A stretch of 64,000 nt of DNA from Eledone cirrhosa (taxonomy: Eukaryota). A model generated the notes under the pieces. That model saw nothing but the letters and a program-made list of their open reading frames with translations. It was not told where the DNA came from and did no database searches. The stretch spans positions 16,492,001 to 16,556,000 of the forward strand of contig OZ024740.1 of assembly GCA_964016885.1 (NCBI GenBank), read 5' to 3'. Positions 42,924 through 58,347 of this stretch are shown piece by piece. The position numbers were made by a program, and so were the translations under genes. Position 1 is the first letter of the stretch. The number at the start of each line of letters is the position of its first letter.

Positions 42924-45900
42924 GTTTACAGGGAGACATCAGTGTAAAAATGGTGGCTTCTAGACAGAGGTTTACAGGGAGATATCAGTGTAAATATGGT
43001 GTTTTCTGGACAAAGCTTTACAGGGAGATATCAGAGTAAATATGGTGGCTTCTAGACAAAGCTTTACAGGGAGACATCAGTGTAAATATGGTGGCTTCTA
43101 GACAGAGGTTTACTGGGAGACATCAGTGTAAATATGGTGGCTTCTAGACAGAGCTTTACAGGGAGACATCAGTGTAAATATGGTGGCATCTGGACAAAGG
43201 TTTACAGGGACACATCAGTGTAAATATGGTGGCTTCTAGACAGAGCTTTACAGGGAGATATCAGAGTAAATATGGTGGCTTCTGGACAGAGCTTTACAGG
43301 GAGATATCAGAGTAAATATGGTGGCTTCTAGACAAAGCTTTACAGGGAGACATCAGAGTAAATATGGTGGCATCTAGACAGAGATTTACAGGGAGACATC
43401 AGAGTAAATATGGTGGCTTCTAGATAGAGGTTTACAGGGAGACTTCATTGTAAATATGGTGGCTTCTAGACAGACGTTTACTGGGAGACATCAGTGTAAA
43501 TATGGTGGCTTCTAGACAGAGCTTTACAGGGAGACATCAGTGTAAATATGGTGGCTTCTGGACAGAGGTTTACAGGGAGATATCAGTGTAAATATGGTGG
43601 CTTCTAGACAGAGCTTTACAGGGAGACATCAATGTAAATATGGTGGCTTCTGGACAGAGGTTTACAGGGAGACATCAGAGTAAATATGGTTGCTTCTAGA
43701 CAGAGCTTTACAGGGAGACATCAGTGTAAATATGGTGGCATCTGGACAGAGGTTTACAGGGAGACATCAGTGTAAATATGGTGGCTTCTGGACAGAGCTT
43801 TACAGAGAGACATTAGTGTAAATATGGTGGCTTCTAGACAGAGGTTTACAGGGAGACATCAGTGTAAATATGGTGGCATCTGGACAAAGGTTTACAGGGA
43901 CACATCAGTGTAAATATGGTGGCTTCTAGACAGAGGTTTACAGGGAGATATCAGAGTAAATATGGTGGCTTCTGGACAGAGGTTTACAGGGAGACATCAG
44001 TGTAAATATGGTGGCTTCTAGACAGAGGTTTACAGGTAGAGATCAGTGTAAATATGGTGGCTTCTAGACGGAGGTTTACAGGGAGATATCAGTGTAAATA
44101 TGGTGTCTTCTGGACAGAGGTTTACAGGGAGATATTAGTGTAAATATGGTGTCTTCTGGACAGAGGTTTACTGGGAGACATTAGTGTAAATATGGTGGCT
44201 TCTGGACAGAGCTTTACAGGGAGACATCAGTGTAAATATCGTGGCTTCTGGACAGAGGTTTACAGGGAGACATCAGTGTAAATATGGTTGCTTCTAGACA
44301 GAGGTTTACAGGGAGACATCAGTGTAAATATGGTGGCTTCTGGGCAGAGGTTTACAGGGAGACATCAGTGTAAAAATGGTGTCTTCTAGACAGAGCTTTA
44401 CAGGGAGACATCAGTGTAAATATGGTTGCTTCTAGACAGAGGTTTACAGGGAGACATCAGTGTAAATATGGTGGCTTCTGGACAGAGGTTTACAGGGAGA
44501 CATCAGTGTAAAAATGGTGGCTTCTGGACAGAGGTTTACAGGGAGACATCAGTGTAAATATGGTGGCTTCTGGACAGAGGTTTACAGGGAGACATCAGTG
44601 TGAATATGTTGGCTTCTAGACAGATGTTTACAGGGAGACATCAGTGTAAATATGGTGGCTTCTGGATAGAGGTTTACAGGGAGACATCAGTGTAAATATG
44701 GTGGCTTCTGGACAGAGGTTTACAGGGAGACATCAGTGTAAATATGGTGGCTTCTGGACAGAGGTTTACAGGGAGACATCAGAGTTAATATGCTGGCTTC
44801 TAGACAGAGCTTTCCAGGGAGATATCAGAGTAAATATGGTGGCTTCTAGACAAAGCTTTACAGGGAGACATCAGTGTAAATATGGTGGCTTCTAGACAGA
44901 GCTTTACAGGGAGACATCAGTGTAAATATGGTGGCTTCTAGACAAAGATTTACAGGGAGACATCAGTGTAAATATGGTGGCTTCTAGACAAAGCTTTACA
45001 CGGAGACATCAGTGTAAATATGGTGGCTTCTTGACAGAGCTTTACAGGGAAACATCAGTGTAAATATGGTGGCTTCTGGACACAGGTTTACAGGGAGATA
45101 TCAGTGTAAATATGGTTGCTTCTAGACAGAGCTTTGCAGGGAGACATCAGTGTAAATATGGTGGCTTCTGGACAGAGGTTTACAGGGAGATATCAGAGTA
45201 AATATAGTGGCTTCTGGACAGAGGTTTACAGGGAGACATCAGTGTAAATATGGTGGCTTCTGGACAGAGCTTTACAGAGACACTTAGTGTAAATATGGTG
45301 GCTTCTAGACAGAGCTTTACAGGGAGTTATCAGAGTAAATATAGTGGCTTCTGGACAGAGGTTTACAGGGAGACATCAGTGTAAATATGGTGGCTTCTAG
45401 ACAGAGCTTTACAGGGAGATATCAGTGTAAATATGGTGGCTTCTGGACAGAGGTTTACAAGGAGACATCAGTGTAAATATGGTGGCTTCTGGACAGAGCT
45501 TTACAGGGAGACATTAGTGTAAATATGGTGGCTTCTAGACAGAGCTTTACAGGGGGATATCAGAGGAAATATAGTGGCTTCTGGACAGAGGTTTACAAGG
45601 AGACATCAGTGTAAATATGGTGGCATCTGGACAAAGGTTTACAGGGACACATCAGTGTAAATATGGTGGCTTCTAGACAGAGCTTTACAGGGAGATATCA
45701 GAGTAAATATGGTGGCTTCTGGACATAAATTTACAGGGAGACATCAGTGTAAATATGGTGGCTTCTAGACTGAGGTTTACAGGGAGACATCAGTGTAAAT
45801 ATGGTGGCTTCTGGATAGAGGTTTACAGGAGGACATCAGTGTAAATATGGTGGCTTCTGGACAGAGGTTTACAGGGAGACATTAGTGTAAATATGGTGGC

Positions 45901-47700
45901 TTCTAGACAGAGCTTTACAGGGAGATATCAGAGTAAATATGGTGGCTTCTGGACAGAGCTTTACAGGGAGACATCAGTGTAAATATTGTGGCTTCTAGAC
46001 AGAGGTTTACAGGGAGACATAAGTGTAAATATGGTGGCTTCTAGACAGAGGTTTACAGGGAGATATCAGTGTAAATATGGTGTTTTCTGGACAAAGCTTT
46101 ACAGGGAGATATCAGAGTAAATATGGTGGCTTCTAGACAAAGCTTTACAGGGAGACATCAGTGTAAATATGGTGGCTTCTAGACAGAGGTTTACTGGGAG
46201 ACATCAGTGTAAATATGGTGGCTTCTAGACAGAGCTTTACAGGGAGACATCAGTGTAAATATGGTGGCATCTGGACAAAGGTTTACAGGGACACATCAGT
46301 GTAAATATGGTGGCTTCTAGACAGAGCATTACAGGGAGATATCAGAGTAAATATGGTGGCTTCTGGACAGAGCTTTACAGGGAGATATCAGAGTAAATAT
46401 GGTGGCTTCTGGACAGAGCTTTACAGGGAGATATCAGAGTAAATATGGTGACTTCTGGACAGAGCTTTACAGGGAGACATTAGTGTAAATATGGTGGCTT
46501 CAAGACAGAGCTTTACAGGGAGATATCAGAGTGAATATGGTGGCTTCTGGACAGAGGTTTACAGGGAGATATCAGTGTAAATATGGTGGCTTCTGGACAG
46601 AGCTTTACAGGGAGACATCAGTGTAAATATGGTGGCTTCTAGACAGAGGTTTACAGGGAGACATCAGTGTAAATATAGTGGCTTCTAGACAGACGTTTAC
46701 TGGGAGACATCAGTGTAAATATGGTGGCTTCTAGACGGAGCTTTACAGGGAGACATCAGTGTAAATATGGTGGCTTCTGGACAGAGGTTTACAGGGAGAT
46801 ATCAGTGTAAATATGGTGGCTTCTAGACAGAGCTTTACAGGGAGACATCAATGTAAATATGGTGGCATCTGGACAAAGGTTTACAGGGACACATCAGTGT
46901 AAATATGGTGGCTTCTAGACAGAGCTTTACAGGGAGATATCAGAGTAAATATGGTGGCTTCTAGACAGAGGTTTACAGGGAGATATCAGAGTAAATATGG
47001 TGGCTTCTGGACAGAGGTTTACAGGGAGACATCAGTGTAAATATGGTGGCTTCTAGACAGAGGTTTACAGGTAGAGATCAGTGTAAATATGGTGGCTTCT
47101 AGACGGAGGTTTACAGGGAGACATCAGTGTAAATATGGTGGCTTCTGGATAGAGGTTTACAGGGAGACATCAGTGTAAATATGGTGGCTTCTGGACAGAG
47201 GTTTACAGGGAGGCATTAGTGAAAATATGGTGGCTTCTGGACAGAGGTTTACAGGGAGACATCAGTGTAAATATGGTGGGCCTAGACAGGTTTACAAGGA
47301 GACATCTGTGTAAATATGGTGGCTTCTGGACAGATGTTTACAGGGAGACATCAGTGTAAATATGGTGGCTTCTAGACAGAGCTTTACAGGGAGACATCAG
47401 TGTAAATATGGTGGCTTCTAGACAGAGCTTTACAGGGAGATATCAGAGTAAATATGGTGGCTTCTGGACAGAGGTTTACAGGGAGACATCAGTGTAAATA
47501 TGGTGGCTTCTAGACGGAGGTTTACAGGGAGACATCAGTGTAAATATGGTGGCTTCTGTATAGAGGTTTACAGGGAGACATCAGTGTAAATATGGTGGCT
47601 TCTGGACAGAGGTTTACAGGGAGGCATTAGTGTAAATATGGTGGCTTCTGGACAGAGGTTTATACGGAGATATCAGTGTTAATATGGTGGCTTCTGGACA

Positions 47701-50700
47701 GAGGTTTACAGGGAGACATCAGTGTAAATGTGGTGGCATCTGGACAGAGGTTTACAATGAGACATCAGTGTAAATATGGTGGCTTCTGGACAGAGCTTTA
47801 CAGGGAGACATCAGTGTACATATGGTGGCTTCTAGACAGAGGTTTACAGGGAGACATCAGTGTAAATATGGTGGCTTCTAGACAGAGGTTTACAGGGAGT
47901 CATCAGTGTAAATATGGTGGTTTCTAGACGGAGGTTTACAGGGAGATATGAGTGTAAATATGGTGTCTTCTGGACAGAGGTTTACAGGGAGATATGAGTG
48001 TAAATATGGTGTCTTCTGGACAGAGCTTTACAGGGAGATATCAGAGTAAATATGGTGGTTTCTGGGCAGAGCTTTACAGGGAGATATCAGAGTAAATATG
48101 GTGGCTTCTAGACAAAGCTTTACAGGGAGACATCAGTGTAAATATAGTGGCTTCTGGAGAGAGGATTACAGGGAGACATCAGTGTAAATATGTTGGCTTC
48201 TAGACAGAGGTTTACAGGGAGACATCAGTGTAAATATGGTGGCTTCTGGATAGAGGTTTACAGGGAGACATCAGTGTAAATATGGTGGCTTCTGGACAGA
48301 GGTTTACAGGGAGACATCAGTGTAAATATGGTGGCATCTAGACAGAGATTTACAGGGAGACATCAGAGTAAATATGGTGGCTTCTAGATAGAGGTTTACC
48401 GGGAGACTTCAGTGTAAATATGGTGGCTTCTAGACAGAGGTTTACTGGGAGACATCACTGTAAATATGGTGGCTTCTAGACAGAGGTTTACTGAGAGACA
48501 TCAGTGTAAATATGGTGGCTTCTAGACAGAGCTTTACAGGGAGACATCAGTGTAAATATGGTGGCTTCTGGACAGATGTTTACAGGTAGACATCAGTGTA
48601 AATATGTTGGCTTCTAGACAGAGGTTTACAGGGAGACATCAGTGTAAATATGGTGGCTTCTGGATAGAGGTTTACAGGGAGACATCAGTGTAAATAGGGT
48701 GGCTTCTGGACAGAGGTTTACAGGGAGACATCAGTGTAAATATGGTGGCTTCTGGACAGAGCTTTACAGGGAGATATCAGTGTAAATATGGTGGCTTCTG
48801 GACAGAGGTCTACAGGGAGACATCAGTGTAAATATGGTGGCATCTGGACAGAGGTTTACAGGGAGACATAAGTGTAAATATGGTGGGCCTAGACAGGTTT
48901 ACAAGGAGACATCTGTGTAAATATGGTGGCTTCTGGACAGATGTTTACAGGGAGAAATCAGTGTAAATATGGTGGCTTCTAGACAGAGCTTTACAGGGAG
49001 ACATCAGTGTAAATATGGTTGCTTCTAGACAGAGGTTTACAGGGAGACATCAGCGTAAGTATGGTGGCTTCTGGACAGAGGTTTACAGGGAGACATCAGT
49101 GTATATATGGTGGCTTCTGGATAGAGGTTTGCAGGGAGACATCAGTGTAAATATGGTGGCTTCTGGACAGAGGTTTACAGGGAGACATCAGTGTAAATAT
49201 GGTGGCTTCTGGACAGAGGTTTACAGGGAGATATCAATGTAAATATGGTGGCTTATGGACAGAGGTTTACAGGGAGACATCAGTGTAAATATGGTGGCTT
49301 CTAGACAGAGCTTTACAGGGAGACATTAGTGTAAATATGGTGGCTTCTGGACAGAGGTTTACAGGGAGATATCAGAGTAAATATGGTGGCTTCTAGACAA
49401 AGCTTTACAGGGAGACATCAGTGTAAATGTGGTGGCTTCTAGACAGAGGTTTACTGGGAGACATCTGTGTAAATATGGTGGCTTCTAGACAAAGTTTTAC
49501 AGGGAGAAATCAGTGTAAATATGGTGGCTTCTAGACAGAGCTTTACAGGGAGACATCAGTGTAAATATGGTGGCTTCTAGACAGAGCTTTACAGGGAGAC
49601 ATCAGTGTAAAAATGGTTGCTTCTGGACAGAGGTTTACAGGGAGACATCAGTGTAAATATGGTGGCTTCTGGACAGATGTTTACAGGGAGACATCAGTGT
49701 AAATATGGTGGCTTCTGGATAGAGGTTTACAGGGAGACATCAGTGTAAATATGGTGGCTTCTGGACAGAGGTTTACAGGGAGACATCAGTGTAAATATGG
49801 TGGCAGCTGGACAGAGGTTTACAGGGACACATCAGTGTAAATATGGTGGCTTCTGGACAGAGCTTTACAGGGAGACATCAGTGGTGTAAATATGGTGGCT
49901 TCTGGACAGAGATTTACAGGGAGACATCAGTGTAAATATGGTGGCATCTGGACAAAGGTTTACAGGGACACATCAGTGTAAATATGGTGACTTCTAGACA
50001 GAGCTTTTCAGGGAGATATCAGAGTAAATATGGTGGCTTCTGGACAGAGGTTTACAGGGAGACATCAGTGTAAATAAGGTAGCTTCTAGACGGAGGTTTA
50101 CAGGGAGACATCAGTGTAAATATGGTGGCTTCTGGATAGAGGTTTACAGGGAGACATCAGTGTAAATATGGTGGCTTCTGGACAGAGTTTACAGGGAGGC
50201 ATTAGTGTAAATATGGTGGCTTCTGGACAGAGGTTTATAGGGAGATATCAGTGTTAATATGGTGGCTTCTGGACAGAGGTTTACAGGGAGACATCAGTGT
50301 AAATGTGGTGGCATCTGGACAGAGGTTTACAATGAGACATCGGTGTAAATATGGTGGCTTCTGGACAGAGCTTTACAGGGAGACATGAGTGTAAATATGG
50401 TGGCTTCTAGACAGAGGTTTACAGGGAGACATCAGTGTAAATATGGTGGCTTCTAGACAGAGGTTTACAGGGAGACATCAGTCTAAATATGGTGGTTTCT
50501 AGACGGAGGTTTACAGGGAGATATCAGTGTAAATATGGTGTCTTCTGGACAGAGGTTTACAGGGAGATATCAGTGTAAATATGGTGTCTTCTGGACAGAG
50601 CTTTACAGGGAGATATCAGAGTAAATATGGTGGCTTCTGGACAGAGCTTTACAGGGAGATATCAGAGTAAATATGGTGGCTTCTAGACAAAGCTTTACAG

Positions 50701-50800
50701 GGAGACATCAGTGTAAATATGGTGGCATCTAGACAGAGATTTACAGGGAGACATCAGAGTAAATATGGTGGCTTCTAGATAGAGGTTTACAGGAAGACTT
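47701..50800. repeat. 3.1-kb block nearly identical to 60901-64000 (offset 13,200 bp)
   Basis: Lines match one for one (47701 = 60901, 50041 = 63241, 50761 = 63961), including the rare TAAATAAGGTAGC, CAGCGTAAGT and GTCTAAAT variants. I noticed one difference (48560 G vs 61760 C). Confidence 0.9.
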
Positions 50801-53800
50801 CAGTGTAAATATGGTGGCTTCTAGACAGACGTTTACTGGGAGACATCAGTGTAAATATGGTGGCTTCTAGACAGAGCTTTACAGGGAGACATCAGTGTAA
50901 ATATGGTGGCTTCTGGACAGAGGTTTACAGGGAGATATCAGTGTAAATATGGTGGCTTCTAGACAGAGCTTTACAGGGAGACATCAATGTAAATATGGTG
51001 GCTTCTGGACAGAGGTTTACAGGGAGACATCAGTGTAAATATGGTGGCATCTGGACAGAAGTTTACAGGGAGACATCAGTGTAAATATGGTGGCTTCTGG
51101 ACAGAGCTTTACAGAGAGACATTAGTGTAAATATGGTGGCTTCTAGACAGAGGTTTACAGGGAGACATCAGTGTAAATATGGTGGCATCTGGACAAAGGT
51201 TTACAGGGACACATCAGTGTAAATATGGTGGCTTCTAGACAGAGCTTTACAGCGAGATATCAGAGTAAATATGGTGGCTTCTAGACAGAGGTTTACAGGG
51301 AGATATCAGAGTAAATATGGTGGCTTCTGGACAGAGGTTTACAGGGAGACATCAGTGTAAATATGGTGGCTTCTAGACAGAGGTTTACAGGTAGAGATCA
51401 GTGTAAATATGGTGGCTTCTAGACGGAGGTTTACAGGGAGATATCAGTGTAAATATGGTGTCTTCTGGACAGAGGTTTACAGGGAGATATTAGTGTAAAT
51501 ATGGTGTCTTCTGGACAGAGGTTTACAGGGAGACATTAGTGTAAATATGGTGGCTTCTGGACAGAGCTTTACAGGGAGACATCAGTGTAAATATCGTGGC
51601 TTCTGGACAGAGGTTTACAGGGAGACATCAGTGTAAATATGGTTGCTTCTAGACAGAGGTTTACAGGGAGACATCAGTGTAAATATGGTGGCTTCTGGGC
51701 AGAGGTTTACAGGAAGACATCAGTGTAAAAATGGTGTCTTCTAGACAGAGCTTTACAGGGAGACATCAGTGTAAATATGGTTGCTTCTAGACAGAGGTTT
51801 ACACGGAGACATCAGTGTAAATATGGTGGCTTCTGGACAGAGCTTTACAGGGAGATATCAGAGTAAATATGGTGGCTTCTGGACAGAGCTTTACAGGGAG
51901 ATATCAGAGTAAATATGGTGGCTTCTAGGCAAAGCTTTACAGGGAGGCATCAGAGTAAATATGGTGGCATCTAGACAGAGATTTACAGGGAGACATCAGA
52001 GTAAATATGGTGGCTTCTAGATAGAGGTTTACAGGGAGACTTCAGTGTAAATATGGTGGCTTCTAGACAGACGTTTACTGGGAGACATCAGTGTAAATAT
52101 GGTGGCTTCTAGACAGAGCTTTACAGGGAGACATCAGTGTAAATATGGTGGCTTCTGGACAGAGGTTTACAGGGAGATATCAGTGTAAATATGGTGGCTT
52201 CTAGACAGAGCTTTACAGGGAGACATCAATGTAAATATGGTGGCTTCTGGACAGAGGTTTACAGGGAGACATCAGAGTAAATATGGTTGCTTCTAGACAG
52301 AGCTTTACAGGGAGACATCAGTGTAAATATGGTGGCATCTGGACAGAGGTTTACAGGGAGACATCAGTGTAAATATGGTGGCTTCTGGACAGGGCTTTAC
52401 AGAGAGACATTAGTGTAAATATGGTGGCTTCTAGACAGAGGTTTACAGGGAGACATCAGTGTAAATATGGTGGCATCTGGACAAAGGTTTACAGGGACAC
52501 ATCAGTGTAAATATGGTGGCTTCTAGACAGAGCTTTACAGGGAGATATCAGAGTAAATATGGTGGCTTCTAGACAGAGGTTTACAGGGAGATATCAGAGT
52601 AAATATGGTGGCTTCTGGACAGAGGTTTACAGGGAGACATCAGTGTAAATATGGTGGCTTCTAGACAGAGGTTTACAGGTAGAGATCAGTGTAAATATGG
52701 TGGCTTCTAGACGGAGGTTTACAGGGAGATATCAGTGTAAATATGGTGTCTTCTGGACAGAGGTTTACAGGGAGATATTAGTGTAAATATGGTGTCTTCT
52801 GGACAGAGGTTTACTGGGAGACATTAGTGTAAATATGGTGGCTTCTGGACAGAGCTTTACAGGGAGACATCAGTGTAAATATGGTTGCTTCTAGACAGAG
52901 GTTTACAGGGAGACATCAGTGTAAATATGGTGGCTTCTGGGCAGAGGTTTACAGGGAGATATGAGTGTAAATATGGTGTCTTCTGGACAGAGCTTTACAG
53001 GGAGATATCAGAGTAAATATGGTGGTTTCTGGGCAGAGCTTTACAGGGAGATATCAGAGTAAATATGGTGGCTTCTAGACAAAGCTTTACAGGGAGACAT
53101 CAGAGTAAATATGGTGGCTTCTAGATAGAGGTTTACCGGGAGACTTCAGTGTAAATATGGTGGCTTCTAGACAGAGGTTTACTGGGAGACATCACTGTAA
53201 ATATGGTGGCTTCTAGACAGAGGTTTACTGAGAGATATCAGTGTAAATATGGTGGCTTCTAGACAAAGTTTTACAGGGAGACATCAGTGTAAATATGGTG
53301 GCTTCTAGACAGAGCTTTACAGGGAGACATCAGTGTAAATATGGTGGCTTCTAGACAGAGCTTTACAGGGAGACATCAGTGTAAAAATGGTTGCTTCTGT
53401 ACAGAGGTTTACAGGGATACATCAGTGTAAATATGGTGGCTTCTGGACAGATGTTTACAGGTAGACATCAGTATAAATATGTTGGCTTCTAGACAGAGGT
53501 TTACAGGGAGACATCAGTGTAAATATGGTGGCTTCTGGATAGAGGTTTACAGGGAGACATCAGTGTAAATATGGTGGCTTCTGGACAGAGGTTTACAGGG
53601 AGACATCAGTGTAAATATGGTGGCTTCTGGACAGAGCTTTACAGGGAGATATCAGTGTAAATATGGTGGCTTCTGGACAGAGGTCAACAGGGAGACATCA
53701 GTGTAAATATGGTGGCATCTGGACAGAGGTTTACAGGGAGACATAAGTGTAAATATGGTGGGCCTAGACAGGTTTACAAGGAGACATCAGTGTAAATATG

Positions 53801-56800
53801 GTTGCTTCTAGACAGAGGTTTACAGGGGGACATCAGCGTAAATATGGTGGCTTCTGGACAGAGGTTTACAGGGAGACATCAGTGTATATATGGTGGCTTC
53901 TGGATAGAGGTTTGCAGGGAGACATCAGTGTAAATATGGTGGCTTCTGGACAGAGGTTTACAGGGAGACATCAGTGTAAATATGGTGGCTTCTGGACAGA
54001 GGTTTACAGGGAGATATCAATGTAAATATGGTGGCTTATGGACAGAGGTTTACAGGGAGACATCAGTGTAAATATGGTGGCTTCTAGACAGAGCTTTACA
54101 GGGAGACATTAGTGTAAATATGGTGGCTTCTGGACAGAGGTTTACAGGGAGATATGAGTGTAAATATGGTGGCTTCTAGACAAAGCTTTACAGGGAGACA
54201 TCAGTGTAAATGTGGTGGCTTCTAGACAGAGGTTTACTGGGTGACATCTGTGTAAATATGGTGGCTTCTAGACAAAGTTTTACAGGGAGACATCAGTGTA
54301 AATATGGTGGCTTCTAGACAGAGCTTTACAGGGAGACATCAGTGTAAATATGGTGGCTTCTAGACAGAGCTTTACAGGGAGACATCAGTGTAAAAATGGT
54401 TGCTTCTGGACAGAGGTTTACAGGGAGACATCAGTGTAAATATGGTGGCTTCTGGACAGATGTTTACAGGGAGACATCAGTGTAAATATATTGGCTTCTA
54501 GACAGAGGTTTACAGGGAGACATCAGTGTAAATATGGTGGCTTCTGGATAGAGGTTTACAGGGAGACATCAGTGTAAATATGGTGGCTTCTGGACAGAGG
54601 TTTACAGGGAGACATCAGTGTAAATATGGTGGCAGCTGGACAGAGGTTTACAGGGACACATCAGTGTAAATATGGTGGCTTCTGGACAGAGCTTTACAGG
54701 GAGACATCAGTGGTGTAAATATGGTGGCTTCTGGACAGAGATTTACAGGGAGACATCAGTGTAAATATGGTGGCATCTGGACAAAGGTTTACAGGGACAC
54801 ATCAGTGTAAATATGGTGACTTCTAGACAGAGCTTTTCAGGGAGATATCAGAGTAAATATGGTGGCTTCTGGACAGAGGTTTACAGGGAGACATCAGTGT
54901 AAATATGGTGGCTTCTAGACGGAGGTTTACAGGGAGACATCAGTGTAAATATGGTGGCTTCTGGATAGAGGTTTACAGGGAGACATCAGTGTAAATATGG
55001 TGGCTTCTGGACAGAGTTTACAGGGAGGCATTAGTGTAAATATGGTGGCTTCTGGACAGAGGTTTATAGGGAGATATCAGTGTTAATATGGTGGCTTCTG
55101 GACAGAGGTTTACAGGGAGACATCAGTGTAAATGTGGTGGCATCTGGACAGAGGTTTACAATGAGACATCGGTGTAAATATGGTGGCTTCTGGACAGAGC
55201 TTTACAGGGAGACATCAGTGTAAATATGGTGGCTTCTAGACAGAGCTTTACAGGGAGACATCAGTGTAAATATGGTGGCTTCTGGACAGAGGTTTACAGG
55301 GAGATATCAGTGTAAATATGGTGGCTTCTAGACAGAGCTTTACAGGGAGACATCAATGTAAATATGGTGGCTTCTGGACAGAGGTTTACAGGGAGACATC
55401 AGTGTAAATATGGTGGCATCTGGACTTAGGTTTACAGGGAGACATCAGTGTAAATATGGTGGCTTCTGGACAGAGCTTTACAGAGAGACATTAGTGTAAA
55501 TATGGTGGCTTCTAGACAGAGGTTTAGAGGGAGACATCAGTGTAAATATGGTGGCATCTGGACAAAGGTTTACAGGGACACATCAGTGTAAATATGGTGG
55601 CTTCTAGACAGAGCTTTACACCGAGATATCAGAGTAAATATGGTGGCTTCTAGACAGAGGTTTACAGGGAGATATCAGAGTAAATATGGTGGCTTCTGGA
55701 CAGAGGTTTACAGGGAGACATCGGTGTAAATATGGTGTCTTCTGGACAGAGGTTTACAGGGAGATATTAGTGTATATATGGTGTCTTCTGGACAGAGGTT
55801 TAATGGGAGACATTAGTGTAAATATGGTGGCTTCTGGACAGAGCTTTACAGGGAGACATCAGTGTAAATATCGTGGCTTCTGGACAGAGGTTTACAGGGA
55901 GACATCAGTGTAAATATGGTTGCTTCTAGACAGAGGTTTACAGGGAGACATCAGTGTAAATATGGTGGCTTCTGGGCAGAGGTTTACAGGAAAACATCAG
56001 TGTAAAAATGGTGCCTTCTAGACAGAGCTTTACAGGGAGACATCAGTGTAAATATGGTTGCTTCTAGACAGAGGTTTACAGGGAGACATCAGTATAAATA
56101 TGGTGGCTTCTGGACAGAGCTTTACAGGGAGATATCAGAGTAAATATGGTGGCTTCTGGACAGAGCTTTACAGGGAGATATCAGAGTAAATATGGTGGCT
56201 TCTAGACAAAGCTTTACAGGGAGACATCAGAGTAAATATGGTGGCATCTAGACAGAGATTTACAGGGAGACATCAGAGTAAATATGGTGGCTTCTAGATA
56301 GAGGTTTACAGGGAGACTTCAGTGTAAATATGGTGGCTTCTAGACAGACGTTTACTGGGAGACATCAGTGTAAATATGGTGGCTTCTAGACAGAGCTTTA
56401 CAGGGAGACATCAGTGTAAATATGGTGGCTTCTGGACAGAGGTTTACAGGGAGATATCAGTGTAAATATGGTGGCTTCTAGACAGAGCTTTACAGGGAGA
56501 CATCAATGTAAATATGGTGGCTTCTGGACAGAGGTTTACAGGGAGACATCAGAGTAAATATGGTTGCTTCTAGACAGAGCTTTACAGGGAGACATCAGTG
56601 TAAATATGGTGGCATCTGGACTGAGGTTTACAGGGAGACATCAGTGTAAATATGGTGGCTTCTGGACAGAGCTTTACAGAGAGACATTAGTGTAAATATG
56701 GTGGCTTCTAGACAGAGGTTTACAGGGAGACATCAGTGTAAATATGGTGGCATCTGGACAAAGGTTTACAGGGACACATCAGTGTAAATATGGTGGCTTC

Positions 56801-58347
56801 TAGACAGAGCTTTACAGGGAGATATCAGAGTAAATATGGTGGCTTCTAGACAGAGGTTTACAGGGAGATATCAGAGTAAATATGGTGGCTTCTGGACAGA
56901 GGTTTACAGGGAGACATCAGTGTAAATATGGTGGCTTCTAGACAGAGGTTTACAGGTAGAGATCAGTGTAAATATGGTGGCTTCTAGACGGAGGTTTACA
57001 GGGAGATATCAGTGTAAATATGGTGTCTTCTGGAGAGAGGTTTACAGGGAGATATTAGTGTAAATATGGTGTCTTCTGGACAGAGGTTTACTGGGAGACA
57101 TTAGTGTAAATATGGTGGCTTCTGGACAGAGCTTTACAGGGAGACATCAGTGTAAATATCGTGGCTTCTGGACAGAGGTTTACAGGGAGACATCAGTGTA
57201 AATATGGTTGCTTCTAGACAGAGGTTTACAGGGAGACATAAGTGTAAATATAGTGGCTTCTGGGCAGAGGTTTACAGGAAGACATCAGTGTAAAAATGGT
57301 GTCTTCTAGACAGAGCTTTACAGGGAGACATCAGTGTGAATATGTTGGCTTCTAGACAGATGTTTACAGGGAGACATCAGTGTAAATATGGTGGCTTCTG
57401 GATAGAGGTTTACAGGGAGACATCAGTGTAAATATGGTGGCTTCTGGACAGAGGTTTACAGGGAGACATCAGTGTAAATATGGTGGCTTCTGGACAGAGG
57501 TTTACAGGGAGACATCAGAGTTAATATGCTGGCTTCTAGACAGAGCTTTCCAGGGAGATATCAGAGTAAATATGGTGGCTTCTAGACAAAGCTTTACAGG
57601 GAGACATCAGTGTAAATATGGTGGCTTCTAGACAGAGCTTTACAGGGAGACATCAGTGTAAATATGGTGGCTTCTAGACAAAGCTTTACAGGGAGACATC
57701 AGTGTAAATATGGTGGCTTCTAGACAAAGCTTTACACGGAGACATCAGTGTAAATATGGTGGCTTCTTGACAGAGCTTTACAGGGAAACATCAGTGTAAA
57801 TATGGTGGCTTCTGGACACAGGTTTACAGGGAGATATCAGTGTAAATATGGTGGCTTCTAGACAGAGCTTTGCAGGGAGACATCAGTGTAAATATGGTGG
57901 CTTCTGGACAGAGGTTTACAGGGAGATATCAGAGTAAATATAGTGGCTTCTGGACAGAGGTTTACAGGGAGACATCAGTGTAAATATGGTGGCTTCTAGA
58001 CAGAGCTTTACAGGGAGATATCAGTGTAAATATGGTGGCTTCTGGACAGAGGTTTACAGGGAGACATCAGTGTAAAAATGGTGTCTTCTAGACAGAGCTT
58101 TACAGGGAGACATCAGTGTAAATATGGTTGCTTCTAGACAGAGGTTTACAGGGAGACATCAGTGTAAATATGGTGGCTTCTGGACAGAGGTTTACAGGGA
58201 GACATCAGTGTAAAAATGGTGGCTTCTGGACAGAGGTTTACAGGGAGACATCAGTGTAAATATGGTGGCTTCTGGACAGAGGTTTACAGGGAGACATCAG
58301 TGTGAATATGTTGGCTTCTAGACAGATGTTTACAGGGAGACATCAGT

